Source: an uncultured Thiothrix sp. (lineage in GTDB: Bacteria; Pseudomonadota; Gammaproteobacteria; Poriferisulfidales; GCA-002705445). From it: a stretch of 64,000 bases of DNA. Position numbers and translations under genes: made by a program. Positions 46,028 to 57,729 of this stretch are shown one piece after another (position 1 is the first letter of the stretch; every line of letters starts with the position of its first letter). The stretch spans positions 69,771 to 133,770 of the forward strand of contig CACNYJ010000002.1 in the NCBI GenBank assembly GCA_902624655.1, read 5' to 3'. The notes below the pieces were generated by a model. That model did not search any database, was not told where the DNA came from, and saw nothing but the letters and a program-made list of their open reading frames with translations.

Positions 46028-48377
46028 TTGTTATTGGTTGGTATTGTTTTCCTAACTCAAAATGTTCTTTATTTGAGTTTGATATGTAAATACAATCATC
46101 AGATACATTTTCGTCAACTGATAATTTTACTAGTAAACTTTTTTCGCCCTGCTTTAGAATTACTTTCTTTTTCTCGAGATCGATATTATTTTGCTCCAAG
46201 GTTTTTTTGTTTACACACACGAGATTTTTATTCTTATTTACAGTATTTAATGAGATTGATCTACGAGTAATATTATCAATGAAATAACAGTAATTACCTC
46301 CTGTTCTTGTTAAGTAATTATTACTTTTTACATCAAATATGAAATTTTCCATTTTATTTGATTCAATAGATTTTATATTGCGTATTTCATGATCTACTTC
46401 ATTTAATATATCAATATAATCTAATGAGTTACTTAATTGGACTCCACTTTCGAGACGGAGTTTCGTTAATATTTTCCAGCCTTCCTTTGAATCAAAATGT
46501 GGTAAGCAGCCTTGTGCAAATGATTGCCATTCTTTCTCTATATTGATGAATGTTCCGGGACTTTCAAACGAAGTTGCGAGAGGTAAAATTACATCGTATA
46601 AATTTTTATCTTCTTCTGTGACAAAACTTTGAAATCCTAAAACAAATTTTGCACTTTCTAAAGATTTTTTCATTTCCGAATAATAATAAAAATCTATTAG
46701 ATCAAGATTGTAGATTATATAGGAATCTAGTTTTTTAATAATTGAATCTTTAATATTCAAGCCGTGGTGCTTTGCAGAAATATTTCCTATATCTCTATGC
46801 GGCAAGCATCCTGTAAGCCACGCACCAGCTTCATTACTTGTGTCTCCCAAATAACATGTACTTGATTTTGTATAAATAGAAATAATATTTGTTAATATTT
46901 TAAGTGACTGAAAATCTGGATGATTTTTTAAATTTGATCCTAAAAAAATAATTGAGTTACTATGCAAAAGATCATTTGATACTTCAATTATATTATTATT
47001 TGTTAAACCTTTAAAATTTTTCTTAATTGATTCTGGAATTATAAACTTTTTCAATGTTTTATCATTTACGGTAATAATAGATAAATATTCGATAATATCG
47101 ATAAGAGTTTCTGCAAGATAATTAGGATTAATTAGCAATGAGTTTTTTAAATCAAAGTTATTTTTATAATTATAAGTATGAATTGAATTTATTTTTGCAT
47201 CGTTTAAAAAAGCTTTTCTGATTTTATGAGAAAGAATAGGTTGCTCGTAAGTAATATTACTGTCAATTAATAATATTGATTTACATTTTTCTATATCTTT
47301 AATTGGGATATCAATCTTTGGAAATATGTCTTCTTCATCGTAATCAAAATTACTTTGGGATACCCTATGATCAATGTTAAAAATATTATTTTCTCTTAAC
47401 CATTTTTGAAAAAGGTATTGCTCCTCTACAGTTGAACTTGCGCTAATAAAACCAGCTGTACTACTTGAATCAATATCAGTCATATTATTTTTTATTATTT
47501 CTAACGCTTGTTCCCATTCAACTTCCATGTGTCGGCCGTTTATTTTAGCTATTGGTTTTCTTACTCTATCTTTATGTTCCATTGCCTCATATGAAAATCT
47601 ATCTCTGTCAGATATCCATGTCTCATTAATCTTCTTGTTTTCGTGTGGAACTACTCGAAATATACTATTATCTAAAATATGTAAATTCATGTTTGATCCT
47701 ACACAGTCATGAGGTGATATATATTTTACTTCCTCAAGTTCCCAGGTTCTGCCCTTCATATGAGATGGAGCCGCATTCAAGGCACCAACTGGACATATAT
47801 CAATCATATTTCCTGACATTGGCGAATTTATTGCTGATGTTAAATAAGTTCTAATTTCCATGGATTCGCCTCTGCCAATCGCCCCAAACTCTTTAATACC
47901 TGCTATTTCTTCTCCGTATCTGACACATCTAGTGCAATGAATACACCTTGTCATGTTAGTCTTTATTAATGGACCAATGTAATGATCTAAAACAACCCGT
48001 TTTTCTTGTTCATATCTAGATTTTACTCTTCCATGCATCAAAGCTTGATCTTGCAACTCACACATTCCTCCTTGATCGCAGACTGGACAATCAAGTGGAT
48101 GATTAATTAACAAAAATTCCATAGTATTTTTTTGTGAGTTAACGGCTAAATCAGATTTTGTGAAATACTCTTGATTTTCCATAGCAGGTGTTGAGCATGC
48201 AGGCTGTGGTTTATTTACACCAACTTGTTCCACAAGACACATTCTACAATTTGCTGCGATAGATAACTTTTCGTGATAACAAAATCTTGGAATGTGGATT
48301 CCGTTTCTATCAGCGACTTGTATCAAAGTTTCACCTTGACTAAAAGCACATTCTTTATTATTAATTTTTATTTTCAT
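46014..48377 (-). CDS. nuoG: NADH-quinone oxidoreductase subunit G
   Basis: 787 aa with an N-terminal 2Fe-2S motif (CRMCLVE) and 4Fe-4S motifs ([10 protein letters not shown]), plus a molybdopterin-like domain. Confidence 0.9.
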   Translation of the reverse strand: MKIKINNKECAFSQGETLIQVADRNGIHIPRFCYHEKLSIAANCRMCLVEQVGVNKPQPACSTPAMENQEYFTKSDLAVNSQKNTMEFLLINHPLDCPVCDQGGMCELQDQALMHGRVKSRYEQEKRVVLDHYIGPLIKTNMTRCIHCTRCVRYGEEIAGIKEFGAIGRGESMEIRTYLTSAINSPMSGNMIDICPVGALNAAPSHMKGRTWELEEVKYISPHDCVGSNMNLHILDNSIFRVVPHENKKINETWISDRDRFSYEAMEHKDRVRKPIAKINGRHMEVEWEQALEIIKNNMTDIDSSSTAGFISASSTVEEQYLFQKWLRENNIFNIDHRVSQSNFDYDEEDIFPKIDIPIKDIEKCKSILLIDSNITYEQPILSHKIRKAFLNDAKINSIHTYNYKNNFDLKNSLLINPNYLAETLIDIIEYLSIITVNDKTLKKFIIPESIKKNFKGLTNNNIIEVSNDLLHSNSIIFLGSNLKNHPDFQSLKILTNIISIYTKSSTCYLGDTSNEAGAWLTGCLPHRDIGNISAKHHGLNIKDSIIKKLDSYIIYNLDLIDFYYYSEMKKSLESAKFVLGFQSFVTEEDKNLYDVILPLATSFESPGTFINIEKEWQSFAQGCLPHFDSKEGWKILTKLRLESGVQLSNSLDYIDILNEVDHEIRNIKSIESNKMENFIFDVKSNNYLTRTGGNYCYFIDNITRRSISLNTVNKNKNLVCVNKKTLEQNNIDLEKKKVILKQGEKSLLVKLSVDENVSDDCIYISNSNKEHFELGKQYQPITIENV

Positions 48378-48387
48378 AATAGATTAA

Positions 48388-49728
48388 TTATTTTCTACTA
48401 AGTATGAATTCGTTATTCAAAGGCTCTGAGAAACTCTTGTTGTTTGCTAGTTTTTCTGTTGGTAATTTAATGTATTCTAGAAATTCATTCTTATAATGAG
48501 TTACAAAACTTTCTACAGGCATTGCTGCTGCATCGCCGAGTGCACATATTGTACTTCCTGAGATCATTTTTGGAATTGATTCCAAGGTTTTTAAATCTTC
48601 GAGAGTTCCTTTTCCTTTTAAAATTTTATCAATAACTTTAAACATCCAGCCGGTGCCCTCTCGGCATGGAGTGCATTGTCCACATGATTCAGAATAATAG
48701 AATCTTGCTATCCTATGAATAACCTCAACCATATTTGTATCTTCGTCCATTATTATGACTGCCCCGGAACCTAATAAAGAGCCAGACTTAGCAATGGATT
48801 CGTAATCCATATTGGTTTCTAACATTATTTCGCCAGGTACTACAGGGACGGATGAGCCACCCGGTATTACAGCTTTTAGCTTCTTACCGTCTTTCATTCC
48901 TCCAGCAAGCTCAAGAAGAGTTTTGAAAGGAGTACCTAAAGGGATTTCAAAATTACCAGGATTATTTACATGTCCAGACACAGAGAAACATTTGAACCCT
49001 GCGCTATCTTTTGTCCCAAAAGAACTAAACCAGTCTGGTCCTTTGCCAATAATTTTTGGTATTGAGGCTAGTGTCTCAACATTATTAATAATTGTAGGTG
49101 AGCCAAAAAGACCTTTTACTGCAGGAAATGGTGGCTTATATCTTGGAAATCCTTTCTTGCCTTCTATGGATTCGAGCATTGCTGTTTCTTCGCCAACAAT
49201 GTATGCGCCAGCACCTATTAGATCATGCAGCTCTATACATATATCTGTATTTAAAATATTTTTTCCTAAAAGTTTATTTTGATAAGCATCTTTTAAAGCA
49301 TTTTTAAAACTGGTGTAGACGTCATCAATAAACTCGCCTCTTAGATAGCAATAAGCGGTCTCAGCACCAATAGCATAGCTTGCAATTAACATTCCCTCAA
49401 TTAAAGCATGTGGATTATATCTTAAAATATCTCTATCTTTGCAAGTTCCAGGCTCTGACTCATCAGCATTACAAACAAGATATTTTATGGCATCCGAGTC
49501 CTGATTTATAAAACTCCACTTTCTTCCGGTTGAAAAACCTGCGCCGCCTCTGCCTCTCAAGCCTGATTCGATAACAGAATTAATAATTTCCTTTTTATCT
49601 GGAAGTTCTTTTAGAATTTTTTTCCAGGTTACATATCCACCTTGAGAAACATATGTTTCATATGAATTAGGACTATCGCTAGATAAAGTAGAATAGCATA
49701 GCTCGTTAATATTAAATTTATCTTTCAT
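48388..49728 (-). CDS. nuoF: NADH-quinone oxidoreductase subunit F
   Basis: GRGGAGFSTGRKW FMN/NADH site and a C-terminal 4Fe-4S motif (ESCGQCTPCREG). Confidence 0.95.
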   Translation of the reverse strand: MKDKFNINELCYSTLSSDSPNSYETYVSQGGYVTWKKILKELPDKKEIINSVIESGLRGRGGAGFSTGRKWSFINQDSDAIKYLVCNADESEPGTCKDRDILRYNPHALIEGMLIASYAIGAETAYCYLRGEFIDDVYTSFKNALKDAYQNKLLGKNILNTDICIELHDLIGAGAYIVGEETAMLESIEGKKGFPRYKPPFPAVKGLFGSPTIINNVETLASIPKIIGKGPDWFSSFGTKDSAGFKCFSVSGHVNNPGNFEIPLGTPFKTLLELAGGMKDGKKLKAVIPGGSSVPVVPGEIMLETNMDYESIAKSGSLLGSGAVIIMDEDTNMVEVIHRIARFYYSESCGQCTPCREGTGWMFKVIDKILKGKGTLEDLKTLESIPKMISGSTICALGDAAAMPVESFVTHYKNEFLEYIKLPTEKLANNKSFSEPLNNEFILSRK

Positions 49729-50215
49729 TTTCTAAGCCATCAATAATTGAATCTATTTTTTCTTTTGTTAAGTTTTCATAATACTTATGATTTACTTGCA
49801 TCATTGGAGCGCCACAACATGCTGCTAAACATTCTCTTTCATCTTTTAAAAAATATTTTTCTGATGAATCGCCAACCTTAATTTTTAACTTATCCTCTAA
49901 GTACTTTAAAATTTCATCTGAACCATTAAGCATGCAAGATACATTTGTGCACACTGAAATTGTATGCTTCCCGACTTGTTCTGTTTCAAACATTGAGTAG
50001 AAGGATGCAACCTCGTAAACATCAATTTTTTTTAATCCTAAAAAATCTGCTACTGCATTAACATGTTCGCTCTTGATATATTTAGTCTCATGTTGAATCA
50101 AGTGAAGAGCGTAAATTATTGCAGGTTTTTTTTGGTCAATAGGGAATTTCGCTAACCATTTGTTAATTTTTGAAGAAATTTCGCTCGAAATGTTGTAGCT
50201 TGTATTTTCCTGCAT
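49718..50215 (-). CDS. nuoE: NADH-quinone oxidoreductase subunit E
   Basis: 165 aa thioredoxin-like 2Fe-2S subunit (CTNVSCMLNG...CLAACCGAP). Confidence 0.9.
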   Translation of the reverse strand: MQENTSYNISSEISSKINKWLAKFPIDQKKPAIIYALHLIQHETKYIKSEHVNAVADFLGLKKIDVYEVASFYSMFETEQVGKHTISVCTNVSCMLNGSDEILKYLEDKLKIKVGDSSEKYFLKDERECLAACCGAPMMQVNHKYYENLTKEKIDSIIDGLENER

Positions 50216-50221
50216 CGTTTT

Positions 50222-51475
50222 TTACCTATCTATTTCACCAAAAACAATATCCTGGGTTCCAATTATTGCAACAACGTCTGAGATCATATGACCGTTTACC
50301 ATCTCATTTAATGCAGCTAAGTGAGGAAAACCGGGGGCTCTCATTTTTAACCGATAGGGTTTATTTGAACCATCTGATATTAGTGTAACTCCGAATTCAC
50401 CTTTTGGATGTTCTACGGCACAATACACTTCACCTTTCGGAATACAGTAACCCTCCGTAAAAAGTTTGAAATGATAAATTAAAGATTCCATATCTTCCTT
50501 TACTTCGTCTCTACTTGGGGGTGTGATTTTATTATTGTCAGATATAGTTGGTCCGTTATTATTCTTTAACCAATCAACACACTGGCGAATAATTTTGTTT
50601 GATTGTCTCATCTCTTCAATTCTTACTAAATATCTGTCATAACAATCGCCGTTGGTCCCAATTGGAATATCAAAATCAAGAAGATCATATATTTCGTAAG
50701 GCTGTTTTTTTCTAAGGTCCCAAGCAATTCCTGACCCTCTTAACATTGGCCCTGTGAATCCAAGCTGAAATGCTCTTTCTTTTGAAACAATGCCAATATC
50801 CACGGTTCTTTGCTTCCAAATCCTATTATCAGTTAATAAAGTTTCATATTCGTCCACACACTGCGGAAATCTATCCGTAAAGTTTTCTATAAAATCAAGT
50901 AAAGTGCCCTCTCTCGCCTCATTTAATTTATTTACTTCTTTTTTTGATTTCCATTTGGTTTCTTCGTACTTAGGCATATTTAAAGGAAGGTCTTTTGAAA
51001 CTCCACCGGGCCTATAATACGTCGCATGCATTCTTGTTCCAGAAACGGCTTCATAACAATCCATTAAATCTTCTCTCTCTCTAAATGCGTAAAGAAAAAC
51101 ACTCATTGCTCCAATATCAAGCGCATGTGCTCCTAACCACAACAAATGATTTAATACACGAGTTATTTCATCAAACATAACTCGGATGTATTGGGCTCTG
51201 AGAGGAACATCAATTTCTAAAAGTTTTTCTATTGACAAAACATAAGCATGTTCATTGCTCATCATTGAGACATAATCAAGCCTGTCCATGTAGCCAATAC
51301 TTTGGTTATAAGGTTTGCTTTCGGCGAGTTTTTCGGTACCTCGATGAAGAAGGCCAATGTGTGGATCGGCTCTTACAATAACCTCTCCCTCAAGTTCTAA
51401 AATAAGTCTAAGAACACCATGGGCTGATGGGTGTTGAGGTCCAAAATTCATAGTAAAGCTTTTAATATCAGGCAT
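50222..51475 (-). CDS. nuoD: NADH-quinone oxidoreductase subunit D (separate from NuoC; likely start at MPDIK; the ORF track extends to 51499)
   Basis: [25 protein letters not shown] 49-kDa subunit signature. Confidence 0.95.
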   Translation of the reverse strand: MPDIKSFTMNFGPQHPSAHGVLRLILELEGEVIVRADPHIGLLHRGTEKLAESKPYNQSIGYMDRLDYVSMMSNEHAYVLSIEKLLEIDVPLRAQYIRVMFDEITRVLNHLLWLGAHALDIGAMSVFLYAFREREDLMDCYEAVSGTRMHATYYRPGGVSKDLPLNMPKYEETKWKSKKEVNKLNEAREGTLLDFIENFTDRFPQCVDEYETLLTDNRIWKQRTVDIGIVSKERAFQLGFTGPMLRGSGIAWDLRKKQPYEIYDLLDFDIPIGTNGDCYDRYLVRIEEMRQSNKIIRQCVDWLKNNNGPTISDNNKITPPSRDEVKEDMESLIYHFKLFTEGYCIPKGEVYCAVEHPKGEFGVTLISDGSNKPYRLKMRAPGFPHLAALNEMVNGHMISDVVAIIGTQDIVFGEIDR

Positions 51476-52184
51476 CTTTGACCTCCTTCTCGTTACCATC
51501 TCGAATGACTTTTGGTATTAAAACCCTAGGTTTTATAGTTACTGGCTGATATACAACTCTTTCTTTGTTTAAGTCATAATTAACTTCGACATTTCCAATT
51601 AAAGGAAAATCTTTTCTTAAAGGATGTCCAATAAAACCGTAGTCAGTCAGAATTCTTCTAAGATCAGGGTGGCCAATAAAAACAATACCAAATAAATCAT
51701 ATGCTTCTCTTTCATACCAGTCAGCTGATGACCATACTGAAGTTATGCTCGGTAAGGAAGGGTTCTTGTCGTTATCGCAATAAAATTTTACATTTAGTCT
51801 TTCATTTGAACTTATTGAAAGTAAGTTATATATTACACAAAATCTTTTCTTCGGTTGATTGTGATGTGTTTTTGAAGTTTCATAAGTATACCTGCCACTG
51901 CTATCTTTAGTAATTCCTCTGCTATACCCCTTATTATTAGCACTTTTCGCATTCCATTCACTTAATCCAAAATCAGAATAGTCGACCCCTACCACATCAA
52001 TAAGAATTTCGAATCTAATTTTTTCATTCTCCTTGAGATGTTTCATTATATAGATGAATTTTTCTGATTCATTAAACACAACTGTATTTTTATTTTCAAA
52101 ATCGTAAGAGAAATTTTTAAAATTATCTTCAAATAAATTCTTTAGATTCTTATTACTTATTTTATTGAGTAGATTTTCAGTCAT
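51468..52184 (-). CDS. nuoC: NADH-quinone oxidoreductase subunit C (likely start at MTENLL, 52184, with an AGGAA SD; the ORF track extends to 52313, overlapping nuoB)
   Basis: 30-kDa subunit motifs ([26 protein letters not shown]). Confidence 0.9.
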   Translation of the reverse strand: MTENLLNKISNKNLKNLFEDNFKNFSYDFENKNTVVFNESEKFIYIMKHLKENEKIRFEILIDVVGVDYSDFGLSEWNAKSANNKGYSRGITKDSSGRYTYETSKTHHNQPKKRFCVIYNLLSISSNERLNVKFYCDNDKNPSLPSITSVWSSADWYEREAYDLFGIVFIGHPDLRRILTDYGFIGHPLRKDFPLIGNVEVNYDLNKERVVYQPVTIKPRVLIPKVIRDGNEKEVKDA

Positions 52185-52209
52185 ATTTATTCCTAAATAG
52201 TGCAAAGAA

Positions 52210-52695
52210 TTATCTTTTAATTGATTTTTTGTTGTGTATTTTATTTTTAAGCTGAAGAATTCCATATAGAAGTGCTTCTGCAGTTGGAGGGCAACCTGGG
52301 ACGTAAATATCAACAGGTATTATTCTATCGCAGCCACGAACAACTGAATATGAGTAATGATAGTACCCTCCACCGTTAGCACACGAACCCATTGAAATTA
52401 CCCACTTAGGATCAGCCATCTGGTCATAAACTTTTCTGAGTGCTGGTGCCATTTTGTTTACCAAGGTTCCAGCAACAATAATAACATCAGACTGTCTAGG
52501 GCTTGGTCTAAACATCATGCCAAACCTATCTAAGTCATACCTTGATGCTCCGGCATGCATCATCTCTACTGCGCAGCAAGCTAACCCAAAAGTCATTGGC
52601 CACATTGAACCAGTGTTAGCCCAATTAATTAACTCCTTTGAAGATGTCGTTACATAACCATTACTGTTATTATTTAGTGATTCAATAATATTCAT
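52210..52695 (-). CDS. nuoB: NADH-quinone oxidoreductase subunit B
   Basis: CCAVEMM...[10 protein letters not shown]...VPGCPP, ligands of the N2 cluster. Confidence 0.95.
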   Translation of the reverse strand: MNIIESLNNNSNGYVTTSSKELINWANTGSMWPMTFGLACCAVEMMHAGASRYDLDRFGMMFRPSPRQSDVIIVAGTLVNKMAPALRKVYDQMADPKWVISMGSCANGGGYYHYSYSVVRGCDRIIPVDIYVPGCPPTAEALLYGILQLKNKIHNKKSIKR

Positions 52696-52698
52696 TAT

Positions 52699-53055
52699 TT
52701 AGTCCCAATCTAAAGCTCCCTTTTTCCATTCATAAATGAATCCAATAACAAGAATTAACAAAAAAATACTCATTGCAATTAAACCACTTATCCCAAGATT
52801 TTCTAACGCAACTGCCCAAGGAAATAGGAAAGCAATTTCCAAATCAAAAATTATGAAGAGAATAGCTACTAGATAAAAACGTATATCAAATTTCATTCTA
52901 GCGTCATCAAAATTTTCAAACCCACATTCATAAGCAGATTCTTTTGCAGCATTTTGCTCACCTTTATTCAAAAAGCGAGAAACAATAATTGGAAGAGCTC
53001 CAATAGAAACGCTAACAATAATAAACAATAAAATGGGGAAATAATTATTTAACAT
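52699..53055 (-). CDS. nuoA: NADH-quinone oxidoreductase subunit A
   Basis: 118 aa, three helices, ECGFE motif. The start ATG has no SD of its own (see the uORF finding). Confidence 0.9.
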   Translation of the reverse strand: MLNNYFPILLFIIVSVSIGALPIIVSRFLNKGEQNAAKESAYECGFENFDDARMKFDIRFYLVAILFIIFDLEIAFLFPWAVALENLGISGLIAMSIFLLILVIGFIYEWKKGALDWD

Positions 53056-53127
53056 AATATTTTATACGCATAAACTCGTTAAATCTGGCTTTCTAACCAA
53101 ATACAAGTTATTTAACATAATATTTTT
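53046..53127. repeat. Pair of 19-bp direct repeats (TTATTTAACATAATATTTT) at 53046..53064 and 53109..53127, each spanning an ATG
   Basis: Exact match read directly from the sequence. One copy covers the nuoA start, the other the uORF start. Confidence 0.8.
53062..53118 (-). CDS. Candidate 18-codon leader uORF (MLNNLYLVRKPDLTSLCV) ending 6 nt before nuoA
   Basis: A GAGGAG SD sits 9 nt upstream of the ATG at 53118..53116. Its first four codons are identical to nuoA (direct repeat). The stop TAA is at 53064..53062. Confidence 0.3.
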   Translation of the reverse strand: MLNNLYLVRKPDLTSLCV

Positions 53128-53259
53128 CTCCTCAGCTAAAAATAAATTAAAACATATTAATGAAATAATACAATAGAAAAATTACATATTTTTTTTATAT
53201 AATTATATACACAATCTGTACAATATTTTTTTTGAAATGCTATTATTATCAATAACTTA

Positions 53260-53344
53260 TGGTGCCGATGGCCGGAGTCGAACCGGCACAGCTTTCGCCA
53301 CTACCCCCTCAAGATAGCGTGTCTACCAATTCCACCACATCGGC
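53260..53344 (-). tRNA. tRNA-Leu (anticodon GAG), 85 nt with encoded CCA
   Basis: Minus strand GCCGATGTGGTGGAATTGGTAGACACGCTATCTTGAGGGGGTAG...GGTTCGACTCCGGCCATCGGCACCA, similar to E. coli leuU. It sits 6 nt downstream of secG as in E. coli. Confidence 0.85.
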
Positions 53345-53349
53345 ATGTC

Positions 53350-53706
53350 TTAATCTGGGATATTTATATCATCTTGAGAATTATTATTTATAGCTGGATC
53401 TAACAAATCATTAGTTTCGTCATTATTAATTGATTCTTCATTTGAAATAATTACGCTCTCATTACCAACATTTGTTTTTGCGATATATGCTAATGCGAGG
53501 CAGTTTAAAAAGAAAAGAAATACGAGGAATGTAGTTAGTTTTGTAATAAAACTGCCTGCGCCACTTGCTCCAAATACTGCTCCTGAAGAACCGCCCCCAA
53601 ACATTCCGCTAGCATCTCCTTTACCTTTTTGCATTAGAATAAAAAAGATTATCAAAATTGATAATACTACTGCCGTTACCATTAAAATTGTATAAATCAT
53701 AACCAT
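53350..53706 (-). CDS. secG: Preprotein translocase subunit SecG
   Basis: 118 aa with two TM helices flanking the Gly-rich loop GDASGMFGGGSSGAVFGASGAGSF. Confidence 0.9.
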   Translation of the reverse strand: MVMIYTILMVTAVVLSILIIFFILMQKGKGDASGMFGGGSSGAVFGASGAGSFITKLTTFLVFLFFLNCLALAYIAKTNVGNESVIISNEESINNDETNDLLDPAINNNSQDDINIPD

Positions 53707-53709
53707 TCC

Positions 53710-54447
53710 TTATATTTGTAAGTTACAAATTCTTGTAAATTCTTCCACGTTTAATGATGCTCCACCAATTAAGATTCCATCAACAAATTGTGATGTTAAT
53801 ATCTCTTTCGCATTATCAAATGAAACACTACCGCCATACATTACCATTATATCTTTTTCTTTATATGAGGGAAGTTTTTGATTTAAATATTTTTTTATAA
53901 TTTCGTGAGTGTTGGAAATATCCTTTGAGGATGGAGTTAAACCAGTGCCAATAGCCCATATAGGCTCATATGCAATTATAAGGTCCATTGAATCATTATA
54001 TGCTTTTATTAAATCGTCCAGTTGAGAGTAAATTTTAGAAGAAATAAGATTCTTATCCCTATCAGATTTATTTTCGCCGACACAGAATATAATTTTCATT
54101 TTTTCGCACAACTTTGTCTTCAAGCTTAAAGAAACTTTTTCCTCATTTGCTCTATTTTCTGAGTGGCCTATTAGAATATATTCTAACGAGTTATCTTCCA
54201 GCATCTCGAAAGTAGTTCCTCCGGTAAGAGTAGAGTTATTTATATTAATATTAATATTTTGGCAGCCAAGATAAACAGGGTTATCTTTTCTTAATTCTGC
54301 GGCAAGGCTACAATATATGTCGGGTGGAAAAATTATAATTTCCTTATGAGGACTTTTTTCTAAATTCTTATCGAGGTAAGAGAAATATTTTTTAATAAAG
54401 TCTTTGCTACCATTATTTTTCCAATTTGCTGCAATAATTTTTTTCAT
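53710..54447 (-). CDS. tpiA: Triosephosphate isomerase
   Basis: AANWKNNG and AYEPIWAIGTG active-site motifs. Confidence 0.95.
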   Translation of the reverse strand: MKKIIAANWKNNGSKDFIKKYFSYLDKNLEKSPHKEIIIFPPDIYCSLAAELRKDNPVYLGCQNINININNSTLTGGTTFEMLEDNSLEYILIGHSENRANEEKVSLSLKTKLCEKMKIIFCVGENKSDRDKNLISSKIYSQLDDLIKAYNDSMDLIIAYEPIWAIGTGLTPSSKDISNTHEIIKKYLNQKLPSYKEKDIMVMYGGSVSFDNAKEILTSQFVDGILIGGASLNVEEFTRICNLQI

Positions 54448-54448
54448 A

Positions 54449-55783
54449 TTACTTTTTTAATTTTCCAGATAAAAAATTACTAACTTCTTTAGATTTTTCA
54501 TAAACTATTTTATCACTCTCAGCTTCTACCATTATTCTTACGCAATTTTCAGTTCCAGATTTTCTTATTATTAATCTAATTCTATTATCAATGTATTTAT
54601 CTAGTGTTTCCTTAATTGCTATATTAATAATATTTTCTGGTAAATTTTTATTTATTTTAAGGTTTGTTATTTTTTGTGGGAATTTCTTGAGAAAATCATT
54701 CGACCCACTACTTTTAAGAATACTAGAATAATATAAAAATACTAGTGAGGCTATAATTGAATCACCAGATGTAAGTTTATCTAGTAATAGTATATGGCCT
54801 GATGTCTCACCTCCAATAGAAAAATCATTTTTAATCATTTCTTCAAGAACGTTCTTATCTCCAACGCTTGACCGCAAAAATTTAATTTTTTCTTTTGCTA
54901 AAAAATTTTCAAATGCTAAATTTGTCATTGTTGTACCAACGACACCTTTAACCTCTTCTTTGTTCAAGAGTTTGCCTCGAATTATTGTATATAAAATATC
55001 ATCGCCATCTAATATCTTACCGCTTTTATCAGCTATTACTATTCTATCCCCATCACCGTCCATTGATAGTCCATAATCAGAGTTGTTTTTTTTAACAAGA
55101 TCTGGAAGATTATCAATTGAGGTAGAACCACAATTTTTATTTATATTTTTTCCGTTGGGTTCGTTATTATACGCAAAAACATTAAATCCATATTTTTTAA
55201 ATACTTCTTCAGCTATTTGGTAATTTGAACCGTTTGCTAAGTCTAAGGTGATATTGATATTATTTGATTCAAATTTCTCAAATTGCTTCAAACAAAACTT
55301 GATATATTCATTTTTTATTTCAACTGAGACATTATTAAGTACAATATTATCATTTTTAAATTCTTTTTCTTTTAAAGTTTCAATATAGTCTTCGATTAAA
55401 TTTTCATTATCAATTGATATTTTATGACCATAGGAATTAAAGATTTTTATTCCGTTATCGTGATATAAATTATGTGATGCACTAACCATAATACCGATAG
55501 TATAGTTTTTTTCTTTTGTAAAATGTGCAATTGCGGGTGTTGGTACGATACCGGCAATATCTATTTTACAATCTATGAATTGTAATCCTTCGGCTAAAAG
55601 ATTAATAATTTCATCACTAGACTCTCTTGTATCAGAGCCTATAATAACTGAATTATTTTTATTATCTTTCGAAAAAAAAGTTTTGCCAATTGAAGCGCCT
55701 AGGACTCTAAAAAAGTTTCGAGTATAAGGGTATTCACCGAATTCTCCTCGAATCCCGTCAGTACCAAAATATTTTCTAGGCAT
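54449..55783 (-). CDS. glmM: Phosphoglucosamine mutase
   Basis: GTDGIRG and the catalytic-Ser loop SASHN. Conserved position next to ftsH. Confidence 0.9.
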   Translation of the reverse strand: MPRKYFGTDGIRGEFGEYPYTRNFFRVLGASIGKTFFSKDNKNNSVIIGSDTRESSDEIINLLAEGLQFIDCKIDIAGIVPTPAIAHFTKEKNYTIGIMVSASHNLYHDNGIKIFNSYGHKISIDNENLIEDYIETLKEKEFKNDNIVLNNVSVEIKNEYIKFCLKQFEKFESNNINITLDLANGSNYQIAEEVFKKYGFNVFAYNNEPNGKNINKNCGSTSIDNLPDLVKKNNSDYGLSMDGDGDRIVIADKSGKILDGDDILYTIIRGKLLNKEEVKGVVGTTMTNLAFENFLAKEKIKFLRSSVGDKNVLEEMIKNDFSIGGETSGHILLLDKLTSGDSIIASLVFLYYSSILKSSGSNDFLKKFPQKITNLKINKNLPENIINIAIKETLDKYIDNRIRLIIRKSGTENCVRIMVEAESDKIVYEKSKEVSNFLSGKLKK

Positions 55784-55794
55784 TCTATTAGAAT

Positions 55795-57708
55795 TTAATG
55801 ACTGCTTGCAGGATTATCAAAGTCTGGCTCTTTTATATCTTTGCTATCAGACGACTTCTTGTCATCATCATCCTTGTCGTCCCAACCCTTAGGTGGACGA
55901 GGCTTTACTCCTGCCATAATGTCATCAATTTGTTCTTTATCAATTGTTTCATAAATTAATAATGCTTCAGACATTGCATGAAGTTTATCCATATTATCTT
56001 TAATCATCTTTGTAGCGGTTGAATAAGACTTATTAACTAAAGCTCTTACTTCTGTATCTATATCTTTTGCGGTATCATCAGACATCGTTTTATGCTGAGT
56101 TACAGAGTGACCAAGGAAAACTTCACCATCTTCCTCTGAGTAAGACATTGGTCCCATTTTTTCTGATAAGCCCCACTTAGTTACCATATTTTTTGCAATT
56201 TCAGTTGCTCTTTCTATGTCACTAGAGGCACCAGTAGTAACCTTATCTTTTCCAAAAATTAATTCCTCAGCGATCCTTCCGCCATATAAAGTACAAATTT
56301 GACTTTCAAGCCTTTGCTTAGTATTACTATATCTGTCATCTTCAGGAAGGAACATTGTTACACCTAGAGCTCTTCCCCTTGGAATAATAGTGACTTTATG
56401 AACAGGATCATGCTCTGGGACTAACCTTCCAACAATTGCGTGGCCAGACTCATGGTATGCAGTAAGTTTTTTTTCATCCTCGCTCATAACCATAGATTTT
56501 CTCTCTGCGCCCATCATAATTTTATCTTTTGCTTTTTCAAACTCGTTCATTGAAACTTTACTATTGTTAGCTCTTGCAGAAAATAATGCTGCTTCATTAA
56601 CTAAGTTAGCCAAATCTGCTCCAGAAAAACCAGGCGTACCTCTCGCAATAATAGAAGGAACTACATCATCAGATATAGGTACTTTTCTCATATGAACTCT
56701 TAGTATTTGTTCTCTACCCCTAATATCCGGTAAAGGAACGACAACTTGTCTATCAAATCTTCCAGGTCTTAATAAAGCAGGATCAAGAACATCTGGTCTA
56801 TTTGTTGCCGCGATCACAATTGTTCCCTCATGTCCTTCAAAACCATCCATCTCAACCAAGAGTTGGTTCAGAGTTTGTTCTCTCTCATCATGTCCGCCGC
56901 CAACTCCAGCTCCACGGTGTCGTCCAACAGCATCAATTTCATCAATAAAAATAATGCATGGCGCATGCTTTGTTGCTTGTGCGAACATATCTCTTACTCT
57001 AGAAGCACCAACCCCAACAAACATCTCAACAAAATCTGATCCAGATATTGTAAAGAAAGGAACTTTTGCTTCACCAGCTATTGCTCTTGCTAATAGTGTT
57101 TTACCAGTTCCTGGTGAGCCGACCATAAGAACACCTTTTGGGATTTTACCACCAAGCTTTTGGAATTTTGCAGGGTCTTTTAGGAACTCGACTAATTCTT
57201 CAACTTCTTCTTTTGCTTCTTCAACACCAGCTACATCAGCAAAGGTTACTTTATTTTGATCTTCTGTCATCATCTTAGCTTTACTTTTGCCAAATGACAT
57301 TGCTCCCTTTCCACCAGATCCGCCTTGCATTTGTCGCATGAAAAATAGCCACACACCAATAAGAAGTAACATCGGGAACCATTGAATCAATATCTGTAAA
57401 AATAAAGAAGGTTTTGCAGGGGGTTCAGTAAGAATTTCAATGTTATTTGAAAGCAAATCATCAACGAGTTTTGGGTCGTTTAATCCATATGTTAAAAATT
57501 TTGTACCATTTTTATACGTACCAGAAATTGTTTTTCCGTCAGCTTCAATCATAACGCTTTCAATTTGATTGTCTTTGACTTGATTAATAAATTCAGAATA
57601 AGAAAGGTTTGTTGAACCTTCTTTTTGTGGAATGAAATTATTAAAAACGGACATAATTACAACTGCAATTACTATCCACACCAACATATTCTTTAACATA
57701 TCATTCAT
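55795..57708 (-). CDS. ftsH: ATP-dependent zinc metalloprotease FtsH
   Basis: Two N-terminal TM segments, AAA+ Walker A GSPGTGKT, the second region of homology and the HEXGH zinc site (HESGHAI). Confidence 0.95.
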   Translation of the reverse strand: MNDMLKNMLVWIVIAVVIMSVFNNFIPQKEGSTNLSYSEFINQVKDNQIESVMIEADGKTISGTYKNGTKFLTYGLNDPKLVDDLLSNNIEILTEPPAKPSLFLQILIQWFPMLLLIGVWLFFMRQMQGGSGGKGAMSFGKSKAKMMTEDQNKVTFADVAGVEEAKEEVEELVEFLKDPAKFQKLGGKIPKGVLMVGSPGTGKTLLARAIAGEAKVPFFTISGSDFVEMFVGVGASRVRDMFAQATKHAPCIIFIDEIDAVGRHRGAGVGGGHDEREQTLNQLLVEMDGFEGHEGTIVIAATNRPDVLDPALLRPGRFDRQVVVPLPDIRGREQILRVHMRKVPISDDVVPSIIARGTPGFSGADLANLVNEAALFSARANNSKVSMNEFEKAKDKIMMGAERKSMVMSEDEKKLTAYHESGHAIVGRLVPEHDPVHKVTIIPRGRALGVTMFLPEDDRYSNTKQRLESQICTLYGGRIAEELIFGKDKVTTGASSDIERATEIAKNMVTKWGLSEKMGPMSYSEEDGEVFLGHSVTQHKTMSDDTAKDIDTEVRALVNKSYSTATKMIKDNMDKLHAMSEALLIYETIDKEQIDDIMAGVKPRPPKGWDDKDDDDKKSSDSKDIKEPDFDNPASSH

Positions 57709-57729
57709 AATTTTTTCTTCCTAGATTGA

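Noticed and set aside
51468-52313. Long form of nuoC (281 aa) overlapping nuoB by ~100 nt
   Set aside because: The N-terminal 43 residues have no counterpart in NuoC. An internal ATG at 52184 with an AGGAA SD gives a canonical-length NuoC 25 nt after the nuoB stop. The long form is an ORF-caller artefact.
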